DNA of 57,096 bases, taken from contig CP070686.1 in NCBI GenBank assembly GCA_020353055.1, positions 1,420,738 through 1,477,833 of the forward strand, given 5' to 3'. Made by a program: the position numbers and the translations under genes. Positions 9,395 to 20,313 of the stretch are shown in pieces. Numbering within the stretch: the stretch's first letter is position 1; each line of letters opens with the position of its first letter. The stretch comes from a candidate division WOR-3 bacterium (GTDB lineage Bacteria > Hydrothermota > Tepidihabitantia > SM23-42). Below the pieces are notes generated by a model. That model worked only from the letters and a program-made list of their open reading frames with translations. It ran no database searches and was not told where the DNA came from.

Positions 9395-10264
9395 ATGCAA
9401 ATAATTGCTGTTAATGAATATTTGGCTAACAAGAAAAGGCTCGTGGATGAGGCTCTTCGGGATTTTTTTTCACAGAAGAATTCTCTGTTCGATGTAATGT
9501 ACTACTCGGTTGACAGCGGTAAACGGATAAGACCCATACTCGCGATTGCTGGATACGAGGTTTGCGGCGGCGAAGATACTGGAGTGATCATGCCTGTTGC
9601 ATGCGGTCTTGAATTGATCCACACTTATTCTCTGATTCATGACGACCTGCCGGCCATGGACAACGACGATTTTCGAAGGGGCAAGGCATCAGCGCACAAA
9701 AAGTTCGATGAAGCAACCGCGATCCTATCGGGTGATGGGTTGTTCGCCTACGCTTTTGAACTCTTCTGCAAGGGCGATAGTCACGCTTCGGAGAGGCTGG
9801 AAGTGATCAGATCAGTCAGCCAGGCTGTCGGTCCAAAGGGCGTTGTCTACGGGCAAATGCTCGATATCAGCGACATGAAACGACAACCGAATATGTTGAG
9901 AAATATACACCTCAACAAGACCGCAAAATTCATAGCGGTCGCCATTAAGGTCGGTGCGATAATGGCATGCGCAAAGAAAACAGTGGTCGATAAATTATAT
10001 CGAGCGGGACTTTGTCTGGGGATGCTTTTTCAGTACACTGATGATATATTGGATGTTGTTGGCAAGAAGAGCGATCTGGGTAAGACCCCGGGGAAAGATC
10101 AGGCGAGTGGCAAGCTGACAGCGCCTGCAGTCTACGGCCTTTGCGGCGCAAGGTTTCGGGCGCAGCGTTATGCCGACCGCACGAAGTCACGGTTCAGAGA
10201 ATTGGGAAGTGAATTCGAATTTTTCTGTGAGATGACCGATTTTGTGTTGAATCGTTCATTTTAG
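9395..10264 (+). CDS. ispA: Farnesyl/geranylgeranyl diphosphate synthase
   Basis: GKRIRP, FARM SLIHDDLPAMDNDDFRRG, SARM FQYTDDILD, GKTPGKD. Confidence 0.88.
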   Translation: MQIIAVNEYLANKKRLVDEALRDFFSQKNSLFDVMYYSVDSGKRIRPILAIAGYEVCGGEDTGVIMPVACGLELIHTYSLIHDDLPAMDNDDFRRGKASAHKKFDEATAILSGDGLFAYAFELFCKGDSHASERLEVIRSVSQAVGPKGVVYGQMLDISDMKRQPNMLRNIHLNKTAKFIAVAIKVGAIMACAKKTVVDKLYRAGLCLGMLFQYTDDILDVVGKKSDLGKTPGKDQASGKLTAPAVYGLCGARFRAQRYADRTKSRFRELGSEFEFFCEMTDFVLNRSF

Positions 10265-10279
10265 CCATAAAAGGAACGG

Positions 10280-12136
10280 ATGCAATTACTGGAGAAGATC
10301 AAGGAGCCAAAAGACCTCAAGGACTTAACGCTTGAGCAGTTAGAAACGTTAGCCAAAGAGATACGTACGGAAATAATCAGTACGTGTGCGAACACAGGGG
10401 GACATGTTGCGCCTTCACTTGGTGTCGTTGAGTTGACGCTTGCTCTATATCGAGTTTTCGATGCCGAGCATGACAAGATCATCTGGGATGTAGGACATCA
10501 GACCTACACTCAAAAACTCATCACAGGCCGGGCGAAAAGATTTAACACACTACGTACCTACAAGGGGATAAGCGGATTTCCCAAGCGGAGCGAGTCGAAG
10601 TATGATGTATTCGATACGGGCCACTCGTCCACTTCTCTTTCCGCAGCGACGGGGTTTGCCCTGGCGCGTGATTACCGCGGTGATAGTTACAAGATTGTGA
10701 GCGTTATTGGTGATGGTTCGCTGGGAGCGGGTATGGCTTTTGAAGCCCTCAATCATATCGGTCACCTTAAGAAGGACATGATAGTTGTTCTCAACGATAA
10801 TGAGCATTCAATCGGGGAAAGTGTTGGTGCACTTTCCCAATATTTGAACAAAGTGATAACTACGCGGACATACAATCGGTTCCGAGATGACCTGTGGAAG
10901 TTTTTTGGACGATTCCCACCATATTTCCGCGACCGAGGTCGAAATTTGGCAAAAAGAATCCAGGAAGGCCTTAAGGGACTTTACGCACCGTCGATCATTT
11001 TTGAGGAACTGGGTTTCAGATACATTGGACCGTTGAATGGTCACAAGCTCGGGCAGTTGATCGATACTCTATCAAGACTCAAAGAGGTGCGTGGTCCGTG
11101 GTTTGTACACGTCGTGACTAAAAAAGGAAAAGGGTACGAGCATGCTGAGAAATGTCCCGAAGTTTTTCACGGTATTGGTAAATACTGCATCGAAACCGGG
11201 GAAGTCAAAAAGAAAGCAACTTCTTACACCAAGGTATTCGGTGATGCAATAGTGAAGCTCGCCAATCAGAATAAGAAGATAGTGGCGATCAGTGCCGGCA
11301 TGACCCTCGGTACCGGATTGAAAAAGTTCAGTCAGGAGATTCCGGAGCGGTTCTTCGATGTCGGTATTACCGAGCAGCACGCCGTCACAATGGCTGCCGC
11401 ACTCGCCCTGGATGGCTACATTCCCGTGTGTGCCATATATTCAACATTTCTGCAGCGCGCCTACGATCAGGTTATTCATGATGTGAGCTTGCAGAACGCA
11501 CCGGTTATCTTTGCTGTTGATCGCGCCGGTCTTGTGGGTGAAGACGGTCCGACACACCATGGTCCATTTGATCTATCTTATTTCAGTTGTATCCCGAATA
11601 TCGTTGTATCATCGCCTCGTAATGGTACGGAACTCGTCGCGCTGCTCAAGACGGCCGTGCAATACCGGAAAGGACCTTTTGTGATACGCTATCCGAGGTC
11701 ATCCTGCGATCTCGGAGCGGAAAATCCGAAGCCGGTGGCGATAGGAACGTGGGAGATGCTTTCAAAGGGCAAGGGTTTTGTGATCATAGCAACTGGCTCG
11801 ATGGTTGAACAGTCGCTGGGTGCGCTGCAGATACTCGCTAAGAAAGGCTTGAAACCAACTTTGATCAATGCGCGTTTTGTGAAGCCCCTTGACATGACCA
11901 TGCTGAACAAGATAATTAAGAGAAATAAGCTATTAGTTACGGTCGAGGAGAACGTATGCCACGGTGGACTGGGTAGCATGGTTTCCGAATACTGTGGCAG
12001 AAGGACCCCCAAGGTTAGGGTTCGATGTATTGGCTTGCCGAATAGTTTTGTAGAACACGGTGCCAGAAATATACTGTTGAGAATCACGCATTTGGATGCG
12101 GAGGGTATTGCAAAGAGAATCAATTCTATTTTATGA
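10280..12136 (+). CDS. dxs: 1-deoxy-D-xylulose-5-phosphate synthase
   Basis: GGHVAPSLG, WDVGHQ, GHSSTS, GDG..GMAFEALN, YSTFLQRAYDQ, GEDGPTHHG. Confidence 0.96.
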   Translation: MQLLEKIKEPKDLKDLTLEQLETLAKEIRTEIISTCANTGGHVAPSLGVVELTLALYRVFDAEHDKIIWDVGHQTYTQKLITGRAKRFNTLRTYKGISGFPKRSESKYDVFDTGHSSTSLSAATGFALARDYRGDSYKIVSVIGDGSLGAGMAFEALNHIGHLKKDMIVVLNDNEHSIGESVGALSQYLNKVITTRTYNRFRDDLWKFFGRFPPYFRDRGRNLAKRIQEGLKGLYAPSIIFEELGFRYIGPLNGHKLGQLIDTLSRLKEVRGPWFVHVVTKKGKGYEHAEKCPEVFHGIGKYCIETGEVKKKATSYTKVFGDAIVKLANQNKKIVAISAGMTLGTGLKKFSQEIPERFFDVGITEQHAVTMAAALALDGYIPVCAIYSTFLQRAYDQVIHDVSLQNAPVIFAVDRAGLVGEDGPTHHGPFDLSYFSCIPNIVVSSPRNGTELVALLKTAVQYRKGPFVIRYPRSSCDLGAENPKPVAIGTWEMLSKGKGFVIIATGSMVEQSLGALQILAKKGLKPTLINARFVKPLDMTMLNKIIKRNKLLVTVEENVCHGGLGSMVSEYCGRRTPKVRVRCIGLPNSFVEHGARNILLRITHLDAEGIAKRINSIL

Positions 12137-15100
12137 CCTTTCTCTTTTCTCTCGCGATATTAGCACAGTTTATTACTCCCTTTGATGAGAGGATTTACCT
12201 CGATGCCGAGGGTGAATTTGTCATTTATTCCCGATATTTTCAAGGAACGCTTGTGAGTATTGATACGGTTAAGACGATTGAGGATTATATTTCCGCTGAG
12301 TTCTATGCCCGCAATCGTGGGCTGCTACTGAGGGAACTGAAACAAGACATGGCTCAGAGCGGAGGTTATGCAAATAAGGGATTGTTCGGTACGTTCGAGA
12401 TTCCTCTACCAAAAGGTGGATTCAGTGATTTCATGGGTGAGACAGGGAAACTTGATGTTGGCGGATACGTTAAAATAACCCTTGGTGGTAGCGAGACTTT
12501 CGTATCCAACGTACCAGGTATTACGGGCCCGTCGCTCTGGCCTGAACTTGAGATGAATCAGGAAATGGCGATCAATCTCGACGGTCAGGTAGGCGATCGC
12601 GTGAGGGTCTTCATTGACCATAATTCTGAACGAATCAATGAGAGCCAGAACAAAATAACCGTGACTTATCTGGGGCGGGAAGATGAAATAATCCAAGAAA
12701 TCGAAGGCGGCGATACCGAGCTGAGAATCCCGGCAACAACCTACACCGGTGATATTCCGTCGCACCGAGGTCTATTCGGCATAAAATCAAGCGCCAAATT
12801 CGGCCCGCTGGATCTTGTCGCCATCGCCTCGAATGAGCAGACCCAGCATCAGGAAATCGATATCGAGGGCAGTGTACAAGCTCAGGCAGATACCATATGG
12901 GGGCGCGAGTATCAGAAACGGAGGTTTTTTTGGCTTGGCACTAACGAAATAGTAATATCAGATTCTTTAGAGATTTATATAGATGATAATAATTTTCAAA
13001 ATAACAATGTAGCCGGCGGAATAACACTCTACGGGACGGCATACGTCGATGTCAATGGTGATGACATAATTCCCGATGACACACTCCAGTCTGAGGTTGG
13101 TTATTTCACATTGAAACTCCTTGAACAGGACTATACTTTCCTTCCCAACGCAAACATCATCGAACTGAGATATGGACTCCAGAAGGACGTTGAGGTTCTT
13201 GGCGTGAAGTACAGCATATTGCGCAACGGCCAGATCGTTAATGTGGGTGGTGTTGTGCAGGATACGCAACTGGTCCTTAAACTTGTCTGTCCTAAGAGCC
13301 CTGATACGACATCGGTTACCTGGCAATATGAGTTAAGGAATTACTACCAGGTCGTGAGTCCGGGTTCACGACTTGATTCGTTGAAGATTTTCTATATCAC
13401 ACCTGGCGGGCAGCACAGGGATCGGAATGATGCCGGCGAGACTTATCTTGAGGTTCTGGGGCTTGACCAGAATAAAGATGGCAGGGTCGATGATTATCTC
13501 GGTGAGTATGGATTTGACGCGGGGCGAGGTCTTCTGATATTCAGAGATTCGCTTCCCTTTGCATCCGACACACTGGACGACCCGGATTTTGAGATTTACG
13601 AAAACCCCTATTACATGCAGGGCCGCGGGAAGTATTATCTATACAAGAAGACGGTAGAATCGCGTCCCGTGTTCACGCTGCCGCCTAATGTTGTTGATGT
13701 AACCGTCTACGTTGATGGTGTCGAGCAGACAGAGGGGGTTGATTATCACGTCAATCTTGATCTTGGCGAATTGGAATTCAAAAAGGTCATCCCACCTACA
13801 GCGCGTGTTAAAATCCATGCCGAGTATGCGCCATTTTTCTCGGCCGCTCAAAAATCGCTGATCGGAGTCAGGGCGAGCATGAAAACCTTTGGTGATGCAT
13901 CGCTTGGCTCTTCATTCTTCTACAGGACAGAGTCCTATCCAACAGATCGCGTGCGGCTGCGTGAAGAACCTTTCAATCGCATGGTATGGGAGGCTGATCT
14001 CGCACTGCCGCAGAGTATGCCTTTCCTGACCAGGGTCGTGGACTGGCTTCCCCTGGTCCAGACCGAAACCGAGTCGAGAATGAACTTGAATGTTGAAACG
14101 GCCTATTCGATATCCAACTTGAATTCGGAAGGCGAAGTTTATCTCGACGACCTGGAATCATCCACGATAATCACCAACGAGATTTCCATCACATATAGCG
14201 ATTGGGTACAGTCGTCCAAGCCGGTGGGTATGTCAGAGGAAAATCTGACGACCGAAAGATTGGTCTGGTATAATCCACGGGGCGCCGAAGTGCTGACCGC
14301 CGGTGATATTTATCTCAACGCACTTGACCCAAACGAGACTGCTCATGTTTTGAGATTAGTGTTCAATCCGGACAATCTGTCGTCGTTCGGGGGCTTGATG
14401 CAGTACATGTACAGCGAAAATTTCGATGATTGCGAGAATCTCGAGTTGATAATAAGAGGCAATGGCGGACGCCTTCATGTCGATCTCGGTCAGGAAATGG
14501 CTGAAGATCAACTGAGACGAAATAGTACGGGTGCACTGGTGGGGTTAACTGTTCTGGATGATGAGGACCGTGACCACAATGGTTCATGGAACGAAAACAC
14601 CGAGGACACCGGATACGACGGCGTGTTGGGCGAAGATGGGCAAAATGTGGCCGGTGATGACGGGAACGATGACTATACGGAGAGTGATTATACCGGTGGG
14701 ATTAATGGTAGCGAAGGGAACCACCTATGGAATACCGAGGATATTGATAGAAATGGAATTTTGAATCGCGATAACATTTACTACAGTTATGTTGTGGACC
14801 TTGATTCGACCCAGTTCTTGGTCCAAAATGCGGGTCTGCAGGACGGCTGGACAATGTTTCGTATTCCCATTAAAGACACGATGGCTATAGATACCGTATT
14901 GGGTCAGCCAGACTGGCGTACGATCCGTTATGTTCGAATCTGGCTGGAAGATTTTTCTACAGCCGAGACACTTGAGATATATCGCCTGTTTGCGACCGGA
15001 AGTAGATGGAAGAACTATGGTGTGAAGGGAGATCTTTCGATCTGGGATTCGAGCGAGGTATTCATATTGACGCCGGTCAATACGAGGACACATACCTACT

Positions 15101-17526
15101 ATGAGTCACCCTTCGTGGAAGAGAAGGATCCTTTGACAGGACAGGTAAGAAGCGAAGGAGCACTGGAGTTAAGACTGGAGAACATCAGGGAAGGCCACAC
15201 ATGTGTTGCCCACCGGCAGACCGACGATAATGAGGATTATCGGGCATACGATACACTGATGTTCTACATGAACGCGCTCAATTCAAATCCTAAGATCGCA
15301 TTACGCATAGGTAGCGATTCCGTGAATTACTACGCATACGAAACCGAGTTTAACAACGGCGTCTTAGTAAGTGGTGCCAATGGCTGGCGGACTTTCACTA
15401 TTTCAATGGAACGGTTGCTTGATTTAAAGCAACTGACACAGGGCAAGGGTGTGGTAAGTGATTCCGAGTATACGGTTGTTGGTAACCCATCGCTATCGGT
15501 CAATCAATTTTTCGAGATCGCGATCACAAATCAGAATACTACACCTTTAACCGATACAATTTGGTTTAATGACATAAAACTGGTCGCACCACAGACCGAG
15601 ATCGGTCGCATCATCAGAGCAACAGGTTCATTGAACCTGGCTGACCTTGCGTCCGTTACAGTATCATTCGATGAATCCAATGGTCGTTTTAAACGGTTGT
15701 CTGAGTCCAAGACCATATCGACCAACAGCGCCGGCCGCAACTACGCAATAAACTCGAGCATTGCACTGCACAAATTCCTCCTTGAGAAGTGGGGATTCAG
15801 CATGCCTTTAACACTAAATTACCGGAATTCTCTGCAGAAGCCTCGTTTTTCATATTTCGCTGATGATCTCGAGATTACCGGCGACGAATTGGAAAAACAG
15901 AGATCCACAAATGTCGTCAATTCTTACACGATTAGTCTTTCGAAATCCGGTTCCCGCAATTGGCTTATCAAGAATACATTGGATGCACTATCATTCGAGC
16001 ACAGCCGTTCGAAAACGACTACACATAACGCACTCAACGTTGATACTTCAATAACAAAGGGGTACCGCGGTACGTATCGGCTTGATCCAAGAGTATCATT
16101 CAGATTGCTCGGCCAGACATTTTCAGTATTACCGCAGAATATTTCATTCAATGTGTTGTACGCAGACAACCTTGTACGGTATTATTATCGTCTGGACCCG
16201 GATTCTCTTTTCCGATACTCCGTATCGGGGTCGCAACACCGCAAGACCTTGAATCCCAGTTTCAGCGTAGCCTATTCGCCGCACAAGACTTTGAATGCGA
16301 ATTTTGATTTCACTCAGAATCGCGATTCAGTCTCGACTCGTGGACAATTCGGAGAAGAAGTAGGAAGGAATCAAACGCTGAACACTACGTTCACGCAGGA
16401 TTTCAAGCTTTTTAAGCCAAGATTGAGTTTTAATGCTTCTTATATCGAAGACTATCGTTTTGAAATTCGACAGGATGAGAACCTGCGAAATGTGTCAAAT
16501 AGCGCAAGATATGGAATCGACGGAACGGTTGATCTCCAGCGGATTGTCAAGTTCTTTACACGCTTGAGGGATGAAACCAAGGATTCTCTCGCCTCGGCTG
16601 GCTCGCCTGCCTGGCTTGCCAAGCAGATAGAATATTTCATTGAGCGACTGCAGAATCCGGCGCTCAGTTGGTCTCGCCTCAGGAATTCGAACTACCTTAG
16701 CGTCAAAAGACGTCCCGACTTCGAATATCAGTTTGGTCTTGTCGATTCGTTGCCAACTGATGATGTGTCACCAAACAGTTATCCGGGTAGAGGAATGACT
16801 GATTCATACAAAGCATCGTCGGGATTGAATTTGAATTTTGTGACTGTGAACGGTGCTTACAATGAAAATATCACCCGCACATACACCTACGGTAACATAG
16901 AAACGCGCACCCATACGACGTCATATCCAAATGCCAATTTGAGGGTGGCAAAACTTGAAGTTCTACCGTTCTTGAAGAAATACACTCATTCATCTTCCAT
17001 TAATGCAGTGTTCAACCAAACGTTCGAGAGCCGTTTTCAGGATACTGTACGGCAATCTGATTCCAAGAGTATCAGTTTCACTCCGCTGATTGGCTGGCAA
17101 GTTCAGTGGGTAAAAGGAATATCTTCAACGATAGATGTTTCGTACTCGGAGACTGTCTCGAAAGACTACCAGGGTGCGTTTGAGGTACCTTCAAAGTCGC
17201 TAACCCGCGGTGCTTCAGTAAGCTTGGGCTATACATTCAGCGCCCCCAAAGGATTGGGACTGCCGTTTCTCAAGGGCGTTCGATTTTCTTCCAATCTTGC
17301 CCTCAATCTGGGAGTTAGCTATAGCCAAAATACCAATTATTCTACAGATCTCGAAATACCAATCTACGATTCAAGTAATTTGCAGGGTGATCTGGGTCTG
17401 TCTTATAACTTCTCCTCGAGTATCACGGGCGGTGCGAATTTCTCATATTCGCAAAACAAGGAGAAGGTGCGTGATCAGGATACGAAACGTGTCGGCGTCA
17501 ACATATGGACGAACATAAATTTCTAA
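12133..17526 (+). CDS. sprA: SprA/Sov-like very large outer-membrane protein (type IX secretion translocon homologue)
   Basis: 1797 aa; INLDGQVGDRV, EDEIIQEIEGGD...GLFGIKSSAKFGPL, YLDDLES, NTEDIDRNG, IRYVRIWL, IWFNDIKL; amphipathic beta strands; terminal Phe. Confidence 0.75.
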   Translation: MTFLFSLAILAQFITPFDERIYLDAEGEFVIYSRYFQGTLVSIDTVKTIEDYISAEFYARNRGLLLRELKQDMAQSGGYANKGLFGTFEIPLPKGGFSDFMGETGKLDVGGYVKITLGGSETFVSNVPGITGPSLWPELEMNQEMAINLDGQVGDRVRVFIDHNSERINESQNKITVTYLGREDEIIQEIEGGDTELRIPATTYTGDIPSHRGLFGIKSSAKFGPLDLVAIASNEQTQHQEIDIEGSVQAQADTIWGREYQKRRFFWLGTNEIVISDSLEIYIDDNNFQNNNVAGGITLYGTAYVDVNGDDIIPDDTLQSEVGYFTLKLLEQDYTFLPNANIIELRYGLQKDVEVLGVKYSILRNGQIVNVGGVVQDTQLVLKLVCPKSPDTTSVTWQYELRNYYQVVSPGSRLDSLKIFYITPGGQHRDRNDAGETYLEVLGLDQNKDGRVDDYLGEYGFDAGRGLLIFRDSLPFASDTLDDPDFEIYENPYYMQGRGKYYLYKKTVESRPVFTLPPNVVDVTVYVDGVEQTEGVDYHVNLDLGELEFKKVIPPTARVKIHAEYAPFFSAAQKSLIGVRASMKTFGDASLGSSFFYRTESYPTDRVRLREEPFNRMVWEADLALPQSMPFLTRVVDWLPLVQTETESRMNLNVETAYSISNLNSEGEVYLDDLESSTIITNEISITYSDWVQSSKPVGMSEENLTTERLVWYNPRGAEVLTAGDIYLNALDPNETAHVLRLVFNPDNLSSFGGLMQYMYSENFDDCENLELIIRGNGGRLHVDLGQEMAEDQLRRNSTGALVGLTVLDDEDRDHNGSWNENTEDTGYDGVLGEDGQNVAGDDGNDDYTESDYTGGINGSEGNHLWNTEDIDRNGILNRDNIYYSYVVDLDSTQFLVQNAGLQDGWTMFRIPIKDTMAIDTVLGQPDWRTIRYVRIWLEDFSTAETLEIYRLFATGSRWKNYGVKGDLSIWDSSEVFILTPVNTRTHTYYESPFVEEKDPLTGQVRSEGALELRLENIREGHTCVAHRQTDDNEDYRAYDTLMFYMNALNSNPKIALRIGSDSVNYYAYETEFNNGVLVSGANGWRTFTISMERLLDLKQLTQGKGVVSDSEYTVVGNPSLSVNQFFEIAITNQNTTPLTDTIWFNDIKLVAPQTEIGRIIRATGSLNLADLASVTVSFDESNGRFKRLSESKTISTNSAGRNYAINSSIALHKFLLEKWGFSMPLTLNYRNSLQKPRFSYFADDLEITGDELEKQRSTNVVNSYTISLSKSGSRNWLIKNTLDALSFEHSRSKTTTHNALNVDTSITKGYRGTYRLDPRVSFRLLGQTFSVLPQNISFNVLYADNLVRYYYRLDPDSLFRYSVSGSQHRKTLNPSFSVAYSPHKTLNANFDFTQNRDSVSTRGQFGEEVGRNQTLNTTFTQDFKLFKPRLSFNASYIEDYRFEIRQDENLRNVSNSARYGIDGTVDLQRIVKFFTRLRDETKDSLASAGSPAWLAKQIEYFIERLQNPALSWSRLRNSNYLSVKRRPDFEYQFGLVDSLPTDDVSPNSYPGRGMTDSYKASSGLNLNFVTVNGAYNENITRTYTYGNIETRTHTTSYPNANLRVAKLEVLPFLKKYTHSSSINAVFNQTFESRFQDTVRQSDSKSISFTPLIGWQVQWVKGISSTIDVSYSETVSKDYQGAFEVPSKSLTRGASVSLGYTFSAPKGLGLPFLKGVRFSSNLALNLGVSYSQNTNYSTDLEIPIYDSSNLQGDLGLSYNFSSSITGGANFSYSQNKEKVRDQDTKRVGVNIWTNINF

Positions 17527-18329
17527 AACGCGCGATTATCTATTTATCCGCACCTGTTGTTCTATTTTATCTTCTGCCCGTACCTTTTGTTCATGCAGAG
17601 CAGCCTTACGATCATTTCACTGCCTTTTGCAGCATTGGAGAACGTGTTCCCGGAACCCCTGGTCATATTAGAGCACGGGATTTCATAGTCGAGCATCTGC
17701 GCAATCCACAAGTCGATACGTTCAGCGTACTGGGTACGGATTATTACAATATCTACGCGAGCTTCACCGGCAAGGATCCGCGAATCGCTTTTGCCGTGCA
17801 CTGGGATTCTGACGTGGAATGTCCGGGTGCTAATGATGGTGGTTCTGGCGTGGCAATATTAATCAGTTTGGCTGACACGCTCCAGAAACATCCACCGCCA
17901 CAAGCAGTTGACCTGCTTTTTTTTGATGGCGAGGATGTGGAGGGTGCTGAACTCCTCGGCTCAAAACACTTCGCTGCTAATTGTATCGTGAACTATGATT
18001 ATGTCATTGTTCTTGATATGATCGGTGATAAGGACCTGCAGATCTTTCAGGAAGGTAATTCTAGAAAATTCTTTCCGACTTTCGTTGATTCGATATGGGA
18101 AATAGGGCAGTCGATTGCACCTCAAGTCTTCGTTCCGCTTGTGAAGTATTACATCGTTGACGACCATATTTCGCTGATTAAATATGGTATCAGATCAATT
18201 GTTGTTATTGATTTTGATTATCCTTACTGGGATACAGCAGATGATACTGCTGATAAGTGCAGTAGGCAGAGCCTCGATACGATCTACCGTTTTGTGCTGC
18301 ATTTAGTGTATCAGCGTTCGTTATACTGA
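17505..18329 (+). CDS. M28 family peptidase / glutaminyl cyclase-like
   Basis: HWDS, GANDGGSG, FFDGED, LDMIGD, DDH motifs. Confidence 0.82.
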   Translation: MDEHKFLKRAIIYLSAPVVLFYLLPVPFVHAEQPYDHFTAFCSIGERVPGTPGHIRARDFIVEHLRNPQVDTFSVLGTDYYNIYASFTGKDPRIAFAVHWDSDVECPGANDGGSGVAILISLADTLQKHPPPQAVDLLFFDGEDVEGAELLGSKHFAANCIVNYDYVIVLDMIGDKDLQIFQEGNSRKFFPTFVDSIWEIGQSIAPQVFVPLVKYYIVDDHISLIKYGIRSIVVIDFDYPYWDTADDTADKCSRQSLDTIYRFVLHLVYQRSLY

Positions 18330-18337
18330 GAACAGAC

Positions 18338-18655
18338 GTGAAGAAAAAGGAAATCATTGTTCTGGCGATTCTGGTTGGCGTTCTGATTGCTGTTAACGCG
18401 CTCAATTTTGTCAGAAAGGAGAGGGTGAAGCATAGCTATACTATGCTTGTTGAACGTGGTCTGGAGAAACTCCCGCTCAACGCAGTCGGAACGGGAGAAC
18501 TTGAGGATCTACCGGGCATCGGGCGGGTTCTGGCACGACGTATCGTGGCGTATCGTAACCAAATAGGGGAATTCAAATCTCTTGACGAACTGAAAGAGGT
18601 CAAGGGTATCGGAGACAAACTCTACGAACGAATATCCCCATACCTCGAACTATAA
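18338..18655 (+). CDS. ComEA-like helix-hairpin-helix DNA-binding protein
   Basis: N-terminal TM; LPGIG and VKGIG HhH motifs. Confidence 0.85.
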   Translation: MKKKEIIVLAILVGVLIAVNALNFVRKERVKHSYTMLVERGLEKLPLNAVGTGELEDLPGIGRVLARRIVAYRNQIGEFKSLDELKEVKGIGDKLYERISPYLEL

Positions 18656-18704
18656 CCGATATTTATTTTCTCAAGATTAAGGGTGGATGTATATGAATTC
18701 TGCC

Positions 18705-20201
18705 CTACAGGGTACTCAGAAATTCATATATGGTACGGACACCGAACCCAGTGGCTCCAGCTGGAGTATAATCGCTCTCCTTATCGGTGAGTTCAGTGCC
18801 TGCCACATCGATATGCAGCCATTTTGCTTTTTCCACGAATGCTTTGAGAAATAACCCAGCCGTAATTGCCGAGGCGTAACGGCCGCCGGAATTCTTCAGG
18901 TCGGCGACGTCACTCTTGAGTTTATTGAGATATCCTTCGTACAGTGGCAGCGTCCAGAATTTTTCGCCCGCTAATTCCGAGACTTCGATGAGTTTGTCAC
19001 TCAAAGCTCTGTCGTTACCCATCAACCCGGCTATCTTTTCGCCGAGAGCAACGACGCAGCCGCCGGTCAGTGTGGCGATGTCGATAATGATCTCTGCTTT
19101 TTTGCTTTCGGCATAGACGAGTGAATCAGCAAGAGTCAATCGTCCTTCGGCATCAGTATTGACGATTTCGATTGTTTTACCGTTCATTGCGCGTATCACA
19201 TCACCCGGTCGATAAGCCGAACCAGATGGCATATTTTCGACCGCAGGAATGATAGTCAGCAGATTGACCTTGCTGTCTAACTTAGCCAGTGCCAGGGTGA
19301 CACCCGTGACCACTGCTCCACCCGCCATATCAGTTTTCATCGCGCCCATTCCGCTTGATTGCTTTATGGATAGACCGCCCGAGTCGAATGTCACCGTTTT
19401 CCCGATTAATCCAACCAATGGTTTGTCTGCATTTGTCATGCGGAGAACGATAAATCGCGGGACGTGTGAACTGCCCTGTCCAACAGCGAGCAGAGCGCCC
19501 ATACCCATCTTCCGCAGAGCAGCTCGGTCCAGACACTGGCACTTCACAACTTTTTGGATTCCCCAGTTTTCTATCAGCATCTGTATACGCTTTTGCATCT
19601 TCTCCGGGGTTAAGATGTTGGCAGGTTCGTTGATGAGATCGCGGGCAGCATTCTGTGCGTCAGCCAGGGTCTGTCCAATGACTACCGCATTGCTTAATTT
19701 CTTTGCTTTTGACGGATCCTTTTCGACAATTATAAACTCATTGATCCGTTGTCCGTTCGCTGGTTTCCTGTACGCGTTGAAATCATACAATGCCAGACAT
19801 GTTCCTTCGACCAACGATTGCGTTGCACGAGCAGGGTCCAAACTGCCGATGTCAGAACCGTGAACGATAGTACCTACACGCCTCGCATTAATTTCTCTGG
19901 CTTTCTTGACGGCAATGCCCGCGGCTCGTCTCACTATCTCGTTGTTGAGGTCTTTCTTCTTGCCGAGGCCGACGAGAATCACCTTCCTTACCGTTAATTT
20001 TGGACATTCATGTAGTACTGTAACTTCACCGACCCGACCTTTCACTTCGCGGTCTGCGATTAGTCTGGATATCAATCCTCCGAGTAGTTTGTCGACTGCC
20101 CCCGTTGCTCCGCCGGGCGACTTCGTACCTTCAAAAATGTTCAAAATAATGGCATCACCTTTGAAATCGGTGATTGATTTAACGACCACACTTATTTTCA
20201 T
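18705..20201 (-). CDS. pepA: Leucyl aminopeptidase (M17)
   Basis: GKTVTFDSGG, MKTDMAG, NTDAEGRL, IATLTG, WLHIDVAG. Confidence 0.93.
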   Translation of the reverse strand: MKISVVVKSITDFKGDAIILNIFEGTKSPGGATGAVDKLLGGLISRLIADREVKGRVGEVTVLHECPKLTVRKVILVGLGKKKDLNNEIVRRAAGIAVKKAREINARRVGTIVHGSDIGSLDPARATQSLVEGTCLALYDFNAYRKPANGQRINEFIIVEKDPSKAKKLSNAVVIGQTLADAQNAARDLINEPANILTPEKMQKRIQMLIENWGIQKVVKCQCLDRAALRKMGMGALLAVGQGSSHVPRFIVLRMTNADKPLVGLIGKTVTFDSGGLSIKQSSGMGAMKTDMAGGAVVTGVTLALAKLDSKVNLLTIIPAVENMPSGSAYRPGDVIRAMNGKTIEIVNTDAEGRLTLADSLVYAESKKAEIIIDIATLTGGCVVALGEKIAGLMGNDRALSDKLIEVSELAGEKFWTLPLYEGYLNKLKSDVADLKNSGGRYASAITAGLFLKAFVEKAKWLHIDVAGTELTDKESDYTPAGATGFGVRTIYEFLSTL

Positions 20202-20207
20202 GATTAC

Positions 20208-20235
20208 AGTATATAATGATTGACTGCCAAGTCAA
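20208..20235 (-). promoter_or_regulatory. sigma70-type promoter, leaderless arrangement (pepA)
   Basis: TTGACT-N16-TATACT-N6-ATG. Confidence 0.65.
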
Positions 20236-20279
20236 GCATAGATAGGTGTAGCTGGACGGGCGAGGTGTGGAAGGGCATG

Positions 20280-20307
20280 TTGACTTTCAAAATTAGATAT
20301 ATATAAT
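20280..20307 (+). promoter_or_regulatory. sigma70-type promoter, leaderless arrangement
   Basis: TTGACT-N16-TATAAT-N6-ATG. Confidence 0.65.
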
Positions 20308-20313
20308 TTTACT

